Notes: generated by a model from the letters alone, not told the origin. DNA of 64,000 nt from an uncultured virus (IMG/VR IMGVR_UViG_2896054739_000006) (IMGVR_UViG_2896054739_000006), one strand, 5' to 3'; positions 40,028 to 48,533 are shown, numbered from the stretch's first letter. Numbers and translations are program-made.

Positions 40028-41203
40028 TTAGTCCTCTTCTTTCATCTTTTCTTCTAACCACTGCTCAAAATTGCCTTCTGGTTTCCATTTATAATATGAT
40101 ATTTCCATATTTTTATATGTAAACTGAGTATATGAATGGAGCAATCCTAGTTTTAATTTAAAAATCTTATATGCTCTAAGATAATAAGTTGTTGCATCTT
40201 TATACTCACTTTGATTTTTATACAATACTGCCAAGTTATTATAGCTAATAGCTGTTTCTGGATGATTCTCTCCCAGCATCTTTTCACTAATTCTCAAGCT
40301 CTTTTCATACAACTCTTGCGCTTTTGCATACTCTCCCTGCTCCTTATATACTAATGCCAGATTATTGTAGCTGCTGGCTGTATCCGGATGGTTCTCTCCC
40401 AGCGCTCTTTCACGTATCCTCAGGCTTTTTTGATGCAGTTCTTCTGCCTTTACATACTTTCCCTGCTTCCTATATACTGATGCCAAACAACTGTAGCTTG
40501 TAGCTGTGCATGGGTGGTTCTCTCCAAGAATCCTTTCATGCACCCTTAGGCTCTTTTCGAACAGTTCTTCTGCCTTCTCATACTCTCTCTGAGCCGCATA
40601 TACTAACCCTAAGTTATGGTAGCTGCTGGCTGTATCCGGATGACCCTCTCCCAGCACTCTTTCACATATCCTCAGGCTCTTTTCATACAACTCTTTCGCT
40701 TTTTCATACTCTCCTTGCTTCTCATATACTCCCGCCAGATTGCTATAGCTTCTGGCTGTATCCGGATGACCCTCTCCCAGCACTCTTTCACGTATCCTCA
40801 GGCTCTTTTCATACAACTCTTTCGCTTTTTCATACTCTCCTTGCTTCTCATATACTCCCGCCAGATTGCTATAGCTTCTGGCTGTATCCGGATGACCCTC
40901 TCCCAGCACTCTTTCACGTATCCTCAGGCTCTTTTCATACAACCCTTTCGCTTTTTCATACTCTCCCTGCTCCTCATATACCGATCCCATGTTGCTATAG
41001 CCGATAGCTACTTCTGGATGATTTTCTCCCCATGTCTCCCTATCGATTTTCAAAAGACATTTGTACAATTTTTCTGCTTTTCTATATTGCCCTACATAAT
41101 GTAACAAATATGCAAATTTACTTAATAAACCAATTTGCTCCAACTCCTTCCCCATATTTAACTTTTCCACAATTTTTTCAGAAAAAGGTATAAACTTCTG
41201 ACA
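40028..41203 (-). CDS. TPR sensor region of NLR-like protein (3' part after frameshift)
   Basis: About seven 42-aa TPRs (LGEGHPDTARSYSNLA); frame is open upstream of GTG 41170 (CQKFIPFSEKIVEK). Confidence 0.85.
   Translation of the reverse strand, partial: CQKFIPFSEKIVEKLNMGKELEQIGLLSKFAYLLHYVGQYRKAEKLYKCLLKIDRETWGENHPEVAIGYSNMGSVYEEQGEYEKAKGLYEKSLRIRERVLGEGHPDTARSYSNLAGVYEKQGEYEKAKELYEKSLRIRERVLGEGHPDTARSYSNLAGVYEKQGEYEKAKELYEKSLRICERVLGEGHPDTASSYHNLGLVYAAQREYEKAEELFEKSLRVHERILGENHPCTATSYSCLASVYRKQGKYVKAEELHQKSLRIRERALGENHPDTASSYNNLALVYKEQGEYAKAQELYEKSLRISEKMLGENHPETAISYNNLAVLYKNQSEYKDATTYYLRAYKIFKLKLGLLHSYTQFTYKNMEISYYKWKPEGNFEQWLEEKMKEED
40626..41003. repeat. 126-bp near-identical tandem repeats (TPR units)
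   Basis: Units start at 40626, 40752 and 40878. Confidence 0.9.
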
Positions 41204-42389
41204 TTAGTGCTGATCCACTATCCGGTATCTCCATATAGTCCCGACATGCCTCTATTAACCCTGTATGTTTTTCTGTATTAGGCTTATATTTCTCATAAAT
41301 AAACTGTGCAAATACTGGATGCATAGCATAACTTTCCTGCTCCACAGCAAACTGTAACCATCCTTTTTGATATAACCCCATCAGAATATCATCATCTTCA
41401 CTAACTCCAGCATCCGCAAGCAACCATTGGTTACACGTCTCTGCCGCCAAAGGAATATACGGAAATACAGAGAATGCCTCCAAAATATTCTGCTCTGCAT
41501 CTGTCAGACTTGACAAATCATACAGCACTTCATAGGATTCCTGGATATTAACAAGCTCCCCATTCTTGTGGAATGCCAGCCGGAAACCCTTCTGCCCCAG
41601 CTCTTCCCTCAGCTTTTCCACTGTCCAGGGTTTTGTACGTGCCAAATGGGCCAGAAGTTCAACCGTAATGGTGTGCCTGCCCGCCAGGTTTTCTATGATA
41701 TACTCCAGATCCTCAACTTCCTCCGGCCCAATCTTACCCCTGCTGCCCTCATACCGGATTTTCTCATAAATCTCCTTGCACTGCTCCATGTCAAGGAACC
41801 CTATCCTGTATGGCTCAAAGTCATCACTGAAAGATGCCTGTCTGGATGTCAATACTACCGCTCCTGGTATCCCTCTTAACCGTTGCAATCCCGGATCAGC
41901 GCCCAGCGTCTTGTCCACATTATCAACAAAAAGCAGCAGTTTCCCATCTGACGCCAGGTATTCCAGTTCCCTCCATGCCGCCTCCCGGTTATTCTCAGGA
42001 CTGTCCTGCTGCTTAAACTTTAAGCAGTTCTGCAGACTGCCGTCCATATCCCCGCTGTACTCAATATACCCGATATGCCGAAATGGTCCATTTCCATCCT
42101 CTGCATGCTTATTGAGATATTCCTCAAACAGCTTTCTGCAGATGTGTGTCTTGCCAATCCCACCCATGCCGCTTACAAGGACAGACTTCCGGCCCTCCTC
42201 TATCCTCTGGCGCAGTTCCTTAAGTTCCGTCTCACGCCCGGTAAAATAAGACACTGGCTTTATATTGGCATTATGCGTGACAACAAACTCACGCTCTGAT
42301 TCCTGATACATGGTAATGTACAAATCACGCCCTGCATATGGACCATTAAAAACACAGTTCTTATTTTTGTTCACTACTTCCGGTCCCAT
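41178..42389 (-). CDS. STAND (NB-ARC-like) NTPase with short N-terminal motif (5' part of NLR)
   Basis: FTGRETEL, GMGGIGKT Walker A, LLFVDNVD Walker B, LTSR sensor, MHP winged-helix motif. Confidence 0.9.
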   Translation of the reverse strand: MGPEVVNKNKNCVFNGPYAGRDLYITMYQESEREFVVTHNANIKPVSYFTGRETELKELRQRIEEGRKSVLVSGMGGIGKTHICRKLFEEYLNKHAEDGNGPFRHIGYIEYSGDMDGSLQNCLKFKQQDSPENNREAAWRELEYLASDGKLLLFVDNVDKTLGADPGLQRLRGIPGAVVLTSRQASFSDDFEPYRIGFLDMEQCKEIYEKIRYEGSRGKIGPEEVEDLEYIIENLAGRHTITVELLAHLARTKPWTVEKLREELGQKGFRLAFHKNGELVNIQESYEVLYDLSSLTDAEQNILEAFSVFPYIPLAAETCNQWLLADAGVSEDDDILMGLYQKGWLQFAVEQESYAMHPVFAQFIYEKYKPNTEKHTGLIEACRDYMEIPDSGSALMSEVYTFF

Positions 42390-42582
42390 TTATACTATCC
42401 CTCCCCACATATGAGCCATGGAATGTACTCTTTTTATTCTTATTAACCACCTTAGAATGGTCATCATTATTGCCGCAATTAATCGTCTGCATAATCTTTA
42501 CCACCTTACTTGCCGTAAAAACAGATACCAACAGCCCTGCTATAGAGCATACCCCACAAATAATATTAAACACATCCACCAC
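42361..42582 (-). CDS. Small membrane protein sharing an 18-aa motif with the NLR N-terminus (putative effector)
   Basis: AAAGGGGGAG RBS then GTG; hydrophobic N-helix; VVNKNKKSTFHGSYVGRD; overlaps NLR start by 29 nt. Confidence 0.8.
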   Translation of the reverse strand: MVDVFNIICGVCSIAGLLVSVFTASKVVKIMQTINCGNNDDHSKVVNKNKKSTFHGSYVGRDSINGTGSSEQK

Positions 42583-42794
42583 AATCTCCCCCTTTTTCAT
42601 TTCCCGTCTTTATACGGCATAACACTATTTACGGCCAGAAGAACACTCCCCATTTGATTCCACATACAAACCTGCTGCCTGCCCCAATCCTTTCATGGCC
42701 GTTATTTTGACCATTCTGCCCCTTTTCCCTTTTCAACGGTAAAAATATCGTCTAAGCCAATTTAAAACGGATTTGGGGCAATCTGACAACCACA

Positions 42795-42990
42795 GAGCCC
42801 TATCCATTCCCCTTCTGCCCTCCATGTTCCCGAACCATCCGCCGGACGTTCGGAAAACATTCCTTTGGCAGGCTCCATTCCTGCGCTTTAACCGAAACAT
42901 ATCCCGGTTTCATATCCGGACTATCCCGCTGCACAATTCTATAATCTTATCTGTCACTTTAATTGGAGTTGTTTCTTTTTTATAGCACAT
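42795..42990 (-). pseudogene. Degraded hypothetical gene
   Basis: AGGGGAG RBS, MCYKKETTPIKVTDKIIELCSGIV; continues after a frameshift as PDMKPGYVSVKAQEWSLPKECFPNV...NG-stop. Confidence 0.4.
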
Positions 42991-43471
42991 CTTCTCCCCT
43001 GTTCTTTTCTCTTATCATACACCAAAATATTCCAAAAAGAAATACCCCCTTCATCCTCTGGCCCTCTGGCATACCCTTTTATTTCCCCATACAGCCCCTT
43101 TATGGCGCCAAATGATAGAAAACATGCCTTTGCTCATAAACTGCCAAATTACTGTCCCTGCATGCGTCACAGACCCATATCTGACATGCAGCGTTGCATT
43201 AACCGTTTTGCGACCGTGGAATGCGAACGCTCGCTTTATTTCTTCCAAATGGCAGCAGGAGCAGGACACCTGGAACAGCGTGTTTTCTAAGGCTCCCCCA
43301 GCCTCTTTTCGTATTTCCAAAGGGCTGCAGCCCTGCATTCGTTTTGTTTTCCCAAAAGCGAACGTTCGGATTCATTCACGCATTTATGAAGATACCCTTC
43401 GTTCGTACTCCTCCCCTCCAGGTGCTCCCATGCCCCGCATCAGGCAGGGGCAGAAAAAAGCAGGGGGAAAT

Positions 43472-44233
43472 CTATTCTCCGCCCTGCTCCCGCAAAAACC
43501 TGTTTATAAAATACTGCTGGCCCTTACCCGTCACCACCGTTGTCCTGGTTATCCTGACGCTGCCGTCCGGATTATTGACCGTGCGCTCCTTTACTTCAAA
43601 CAGCTTCATCTCCATGCCCCGCTGTGTCGGCATATTATAATCCATCCCTTTCCTCCGGATTAAGAACCCTTCCTGCCTCATCCAGTCAAACAGCCTCTTT
43701 TCCCCGGTATCCACTCCGTTCTGGTAAAGAATTTTGGCCAGCTCCCCAATCAGTATGGAAGTGCTGGAAGATAACACTGCATCTGCAAACCGTTCTTTCG
43801 GCTTCATCCTCTGAATGGCCTGCTCCTGTTCTGCAATAGTTTTCTGTGCCTCTATCACTGCCAAAGCAATCAATTCTTTGCCCGTTGGCAGTGTTCCGGA
43901 ATTGCTCTTTTTATATCTCTTTTCAACCTGGATAAAATACCGCCTGACCTGCTTACCTTTTTCATTACGCTCCAGCATAGCCATTTCCTTTGCGGTATCC
44001 AACTGGATGATATGCTCTTTCATATTTTGACCAGAAGGCGTACAGATTTGTACAGCTTCAAAATCACCACCTTCCACTGCATCACTTTCGCCAAGGCGTC
44101 TCTCTGCCCATATTCTGTAAGGAGTACTCACCCCCAACACTTTATGCAGATCCGTACCATAAACAACCTTCTCTCCTGTACTGGCAGTATATACCGGCAC
44201 AAGTTCATTTTCTATCATACGCAACCGTTCCAT
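43472..44233 (-). CDS. Phage antirepressor (AntA N-terminal + KilA-C/ANT domain)
   Basis: LDTAKEMAMLERNEKGKQVRRYFI; MKPK..FADAV; TTVVTGKGQQYF. Confidence 0.9.
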   Translation of the reverse strand: MERLRMIENELVPVYTASTGEKVVYGTDLHKVLGVSTPYRIWAERRLGESDAVEGGDFEAVQICTPSGQNMKEHIIQLDTAKEMAMLERNEKGKQVRRYFIQVEKRYKKSNSGTLPTGKELIALAVIEAQKTIAEQEQAIQRMKPKERFADAVLSSSTSILIGELAKILYQNGVDTGEKRLFDWMRQEGFLIRRKGMDYNMPTQRGMEMKLFEVKERTVNNPDGSVRITRTTVVTGKGQQYFINRFLREQGGE

Positions 44234-44307
44234 TCTTGAAATCCCCCTTTTTGTCTTTATTCTGGCCCAGAGCCTGTGTTCAGGAAATGCCTTTTTCTCA
44301 TATCGGC

Positions 44308-45114
44308 CTATTTTACAATCCTGACGCTGCCTGCCATCTCCCCTTCCGTACCAAACAGCATAGCCGCAAGCCGCCTTTCATTCTCCCGGATATCTGCATA
44401 AACTGTGCTTTCACAGCACCCATATTCTTCGGCTATGGCAGCAGGGCAGGTCCCGGCAAGGCATTTCTCTAAAATCCCTGCTTTCCGGATATCGGTATCG
44501 ATACAGGCATGTTTATCATTACAGTAGCCGGAATACGCTTCAACTGCATCTGCAAACCGTACCATGATATCCCTTGTGAGTTTCCTGCCCTGTTCTACGG
44601 CCCCCCGCTCCTTTTTCCCAGGGAAAAGGCAGAGCACATATTCTCCTGCCATGCTGCGCAGGAGCCTGTTTCCATCCACCAGCATGCGGATAATCTTCGT
44701 TTTCTGTCCCGGCATCCCTGCTGCCGGCACACCCATGCACAGCACCAGCATTTCATCCATGCACCTGTCAATATAGTTCAGCGCCGTTTCCTTTGCCACT
44801 CCCAGCCTTGCGGCTATCGCCCTGCTCCCAACATGGACATCCACCATATACCGATAGACCAAAGCGTTATACCTGTTCTTTGCGTGTTCATCATGGCAGC
44901 AGGAAACATATTCCCGGTACTCTTTTAACAGCCTTGCCAATGCCTCTGCATTCCTGCCGCTCCGATAATGGGAAAATGTATTTTTCAAGACATCCCTGCA
45001 CCTTTTAACCTCCTCGTGTCTGATATCCCGGAAGATGGCTTCAGGAGACGGTAAAATTTGGCCATTGTGTGCATCCCTGTATTCCTTTGCAAAATAATCA
45101 TAAAAATACGTCAT
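44308..45114 (-). CDS. Hypothetical protein with two HTH-like segments
   Basis: IAARLGVAKETA and IAEEYGCCESTVYAD. Confidence 0.6.
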   Translation of the reverse strand: MTYFYDYFAKEYRDAHNGQILPSPEAIFRDIRHEEVKRCRDVLKNTFSHYRSGRNAEALARLLKEYREYVSCCHDEHAKNRYNALVYRYMVDVHVGSRAIAARLGVAKETALNYIDRCMDEMLVLCMGVPAAGMPGQKTKIIRMLVDGNRLLRSMAGEYVLCLFPGKKERGAVEQGRKLTRDIMVRFADAVEAYSGYCNDKHACIDTDIRKAGILEKCLAGTCPAAIAEEYGCCESTVYADIRENERRLAAMLFGTEGEMAGSVRIVK

Positions 45115-45127
45115 AATCCCTCCTGCA

Positions 45128-45988
45128 TTAAAGTAGCCAGCCGCTACCCATCCTGTCCACTTTATCCATGTCCACGTAATCACACAGACGTTTAGAATCC
45201 ACATGGTACCCCTCCCACATAAAGCCCTCCAGCTTTTCCCTGTGCCCTGAATGGAGTATTTTATAAAATCCTTTTTTTATCCTTTCCTCAACCGCCTGCC
45301 TGCTGCATCCAAATACTTCGGCAGTCCTGGCATAACTGTTTCTCTGATAATACACAAAGCGTATCATGCACACTGTTTTTGAATCCAGGATGGAAAGGGC
45401 CTCTTCCAGTTCCTCATGCAGTTCCCTCTGGTATTCACTGCTTCCAGCTAACTGTTCCATACTTTCATCCGTTGAAAGAATGTCGATAAGGCAATCGCCC
45501 CCTTTATCTAATATATATTCATCCAGGCTTTTGGTGGTCATTTTTAAAATAGTTTTCTCCAAATGGCACAGGGAACGGTGAGAAATATGCAGGGCTTTCC
45601 GTATTTCCTCTGCTTTTGGCTCCCGGTTATGCAAGGCTCTGTAATCCCGTTTAAATACAGCCAGTTTCCGCATTCTTGTTTTGAGATATTCCGGGATGCG
45701 GACCATAGAGGTATTCAGCCCGTTGTATCTGTAAACACATTTCCTCACGCTGTATTCCGCATATGTCAGAAACTTTACTCCTTGCTGGGATTTAAAAGAA
45801 TAAGCCGCTTCTATCAAACCTATAAACCCCTCCTGTAGAAAATCATTAAAATCCTGTTCCTCACAATGCCCTACATGCTTTTTTATACACTGCACCACAA
45901 AACCTTTGTTCTTCTCCCAAAGCCTTTCCTGATTCCCCGAAACGTCAATGCCCTGCTGTATCTGTTTCACAATTTCCTCATTTGACAC
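45128..45988 (-). CDS. Sigma-70 family RNA polymerase sigma factor
   Basis: DFLQEGFIGLIEAA..F....GVKFLTYA; RIP; REP..EEI; SLD; region-4 HTH. Confidence 0.88.
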   Translation of the reverse strand: MSNEEIVKQIQQGIDVSGNQERLWEKNKGFVVQCIKKHVGHCEEQDFNDFLQEGFIGLIEAAYSFKSQQGVKFLTYAEYSVRKCVYRYNGLNTSMVRIPEYLKTRMRKLAVFKRDYRALHNREPKAEEIRKALHISHRSLCHLEKTILKMTTKSLDEYILDKGGDCLIDILSTDESMEQLAGSSEYQRELHEELEEALSILDSKTVCMIRFVYYQRNSYARTAEVFGCSRQAVEERIKKGFYKILHSGHREKLEGFMWEGYHVDSKRLCDYVDMDKVDRMGSGWLL

Positions 45989-46045
45989 TGCTGCCGCCCC
46001 CTTTCCAGAAAGATACCGTTGCAGCAGCCCAAACCATCCATCTAT

Positions 46046-46093
46046 GGTAACATGAGGGTAACATGAGAGTAACAGCGTGGTAACAATGTTACC
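46046..46093. repeat. Iteron block matching the prophage origin architecture
   Basis: GTAACA at 46047, 46058, 46069, 46080 (11-bp period) ending in GGTAACAATGTTACC palindrome. Confidence 0.8.
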
Positions 46094-46288
46094 AGGAAAC
46101 AACAGCCTTAGAACCCGGCTGATATATATCCTCCCTTTCGGAACAGTCAAAGGCTTTCCCCCATACAGCCATATTTCCATTTCCGCATGCAGGTATCTCC
46201 CTGGCGTCAGAAAGAATTTTTGCCCCTTTTATCCCTCTTAGCCTGTTTTATTTTTTTAAAGGTATCTTATGGTAAACTTTATATATAC

Positions 46289-46427
46289 TGTTACACCATG
46301 TAACAAGGCAGGCACCCAAAAATCTGGTACAGTTGTTACGTGGTGTAACAAGGCTGTTATCAAAAAAACGGCATCTTGTTACATGATGTAACAAGATTGG
46401 GCAATTCTTGTTACGTGGTGTAACAAG
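46289..46427. repeat. Four TGTTAC-N5-GTAACAAG palindromes next to an AT-rich tract; putative element origin
   Basis: Copies at 46289, 46334, 46377, 46409; AT-rich 46245..46288. Confidence 0.8.
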
Positions 46428-46436
46428 GGTTTTAAC

Positions 46437-46850
46437 TTATGGCGGTTTCCAGCTTAACCATTTTTCGCTAAATCTGTATATGCTCCGCTTCTTTGCCGCA
46501 TAGCCGCTTGATATAATTTCAATGAATCCATTCTCAGCCAGCTTTTGCATATCCCTGTAGAAATCCCGGTGATTGGTTTTCGGATACAGGCCATACACAT
46601 CTGTAATAAGGGCATGGTTCAAATAAAAGCATTCATCCCCCTGAACGGCATCCATATCCGGGTAATCCGCCTGGGGCTTCCGCTTGCCATAATACTGGTT
46701 TTTGCAGTAAACATATAACATTCTCTGCCTGGCATTCAAATCTTTGAAAGCTGCAGAAATAAGCATGGAGTCATAAATATTGGCGCTTGTATCATTTGTC
46801 TTTCCGGCACTTTCAAATGCCTTAGGGGAATATTTTTTCTTCCTGCCCAT
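46437..46850 (-). CDS. Winged-helix DNA-binding protein, possible replication initiator
   Basis: AFKDL...RMLY...L.ENGFIEI.......SIYRFS; directly upstream of palindrome array. Confidence 0.55.
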   Translation of the reverse strand: MGRKKKYSPKAFESAGKTNDTSANIYDSMLISAAFKDLNARQRMLYVYCKNQYYGKRKPQADYPDMDAVQGDECFYLNHALITDVYGLYPKTNHRDFYRDMQKLAENGFIEIISSGYAAKKRSIYRFSEKWLSWKPP

Positions 46851-46958
46851 GCCAGCCCACTTACTCCTTCCCTTGTCCGGTTACACAATCAGCATCCTAA
46901 AACCTGCTGCCGCCTCACCCAAACCGGACATTCTTTTCGCCTCCAGGTCCATCCAGAA

Positions 46959-47171
46959 TTACGCCTCGCTGTGTTCGTCGCACCAGCGGTCAAATTTCAC
47001 CCGGTCAACCAATGTCCTCCGGCCTATTCTAAATAGTGCGCCCGTTGTTTTCATCAGCTCTAATGCAGTGTTCCGGCCAACGCTTGCATAGATGCAGAAC
47101 TCGTTGACATCAAGCAGCCTTTTATCTGACAATGTTACCAAGGTTTGGTTTGCTTTTTCTTTCTTCTCCAT
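46959..47171 (-). CDS. Excisionase-like HTH protein
   Basis: LLDVNEFCIYASVGRNTA...RIGRRTLVDR. Confidence 0.7.
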   Translation of the reverse strand: MEKKEKANQTLVTLSDKRLLDVNEFCIYASVGRNTALELMKTTGALFRIGRRTLVDRVKFDRWCDEHSEA

Positions 47172-47408
47172 GAAATTTTACCTCCATTCTTTGATTACTT
47201 GTGTTTATTAGGCATTAAACAATTAACTGGGTATCTCTATAAACATTATAACAAATCACGCTCTTATCCTTGTCATGGACACAACGCAACAGGTAATAGG
47301 AAAACTCCTCACTTTTTACAAATACGTGGAAATAAAAGCAATGAAAGTATAGAATAGCAAATAATAACAAATATTTATGTCAAGCACTTTTTCTATTCAT
47401 TTTCTGCC

Positions 47409-47436
47409 TGACACCAATACACCAAAATTGACACCA
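47409..47436. promoter_or_regulatory. Putative integrase arm-type sites
   Basis: TGACACCA-TACACCA-TTGACACCA. Confidence 0.65.
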
Positions 47437-47501
47437 CTTTTTTATATGCCCAATAAAAGCCCATAAACAAAAAGCGGGGAAAAATCCTGATAATTAGAGG
47501 C

Positions 47502-48533
47502 CTAAGGATATTTACAAATAAAGAAATAAACTGGATTGCTTTCAATCGTCGACAGAAGTCCCGATACAACCATAAACAGGAACGGAATAACCGCCCCTCC
47601 TGGGAATAGTGTGCTTATCAGTTCAAAATTAATTATTCCAGTATCCACTGCAACATATCCCATGCCAGAACCGATAAAGCCAAGCATCCCCATTGACAAA
47701 GGCACGATTCCAAACAGCAGCGCTCCCGCCAGGAAAGCCCTGCCTATTCTGTCTTTTCTGACACAGAATGCCCTCTGCCAAAAGCACTGGTCTCCAAATG
47801 GACCTGAGATAAGACCTATCGTTGTTGGAAGTCCGAACCCTAAAAAAATTTCCCATCCTCTTTTTGAGAATAGTGTTCCGGCATCCCCTGCGGCTCCTCC
47901 CAGCCCCATAACCAACGTTTCCAGCCCTCCACCATTCTTTATACCAAAAACGATAAAACCGATACTGGCGGCCAACATAAAGACCATCTGAACCGCATCT
48001 GTCAGTATTGAGGCTGTGATTCCCGAAAACTGCGAATACGAAAAGGCAATCACTGCCATAATAACCGTCATTGCTGTAAAAGGTATCCCGGTAAGCATAC
48101 TTAATATTTTGCTTCCAGCCAACAGCTGTACTCCTGTTGATAATGCCGACAATACACCAAGCTGGAACAAATATATATTTTTCACAGCTTTGGAATGATA
48201 TTTCTCATACATATAGCCGGACAATGTAATTCCTCCCGGAATCTCTTTCCTTATCTTTTTTGCAAAGGGAATGAACAGTATCAGACACAGCACATTTGGA
48301 ACCAGAAACCAAAAGAGTCCTGCAAAACCCTTCGTGTAGGCATTCTCGGTCGATGTAAACAAAGCCGGTGCCCATATCCATGTGGCCGCTATGCTCAAAG
48401 CCGACACCGTCCAGCCAGTATTCCTATTCCCGACACAGAATTTCTCGATATTGTCCTCTTTTTTTGTCATAAATACTGTTGCCCCAAACATTACCACTGC
48501 ATAGGCCAGCAGTACAAACAAAGTATAATCCAT
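47502..48533 (-). pseudogene. Na+/solute symporter (SSS family), 5' fragment
   Basis: F.VGNR, SIAATWIWA, ASILTDAVQ, DQCFWQRAF; truncated at LLSTI by the insert. Confidence 0.9.
47542..47552. repeat. att core, distal
   Basis: TCAATCGTCGA. Confidence 0.9.

Larger units (their letters stand above)
34027..47552 (-). mobile_element. ~13.5 kb tyrosine-integrase element (putative phage satellite) inserted in the prophage symporter gene
   Basis: Flanking TCAATCGTCGA direct repeats, integrase adjacent to left repeat, arm-type repeats at both ends, split gene restored in frame. Confidence 0.92.

Noticed and set aside
40626..41003. Possible DGR template/variable repeat pair
   Set aside because: Repeats are tandem in-frame TPR units and there is no reverse transcriptase in the window.
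43395..43450. GC-rich tract resembling a cos site
   Set aside because: Only a vague resemblance; no HNH gene beside the helper terminase and nothing to anchor the call.
43051..43663. Several overlapping ORFs (43051-, 43102+, 43112+, 43221+)
   Set aside because: No RBS or recognisable motifs, two overlap the antirepressor antisense; treated as non-coding.
45989..46180. N-terminal 64 codons of the sigma-factor ORF as given in the ORF track
   Set aside because: Sigma homology starts at GTG 45988 after an AAAGGGGG RBS; the extension just reads through the iteron block.
46289..46427. Repeat-spacer pattern resembling a mini CRISPR array
   Set aside because: Repeats are about 19 bp with a variable centre, spacers are only about 13-26 bp and irregular, and there are no cas genes; fits protein-binding sites.
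34027..47552. Classification of the insert as an ICE/IME or a second prophage
   Set aside because: No relaxase, coupling protein or T4SS, and no structural, terminase or lysis genes.
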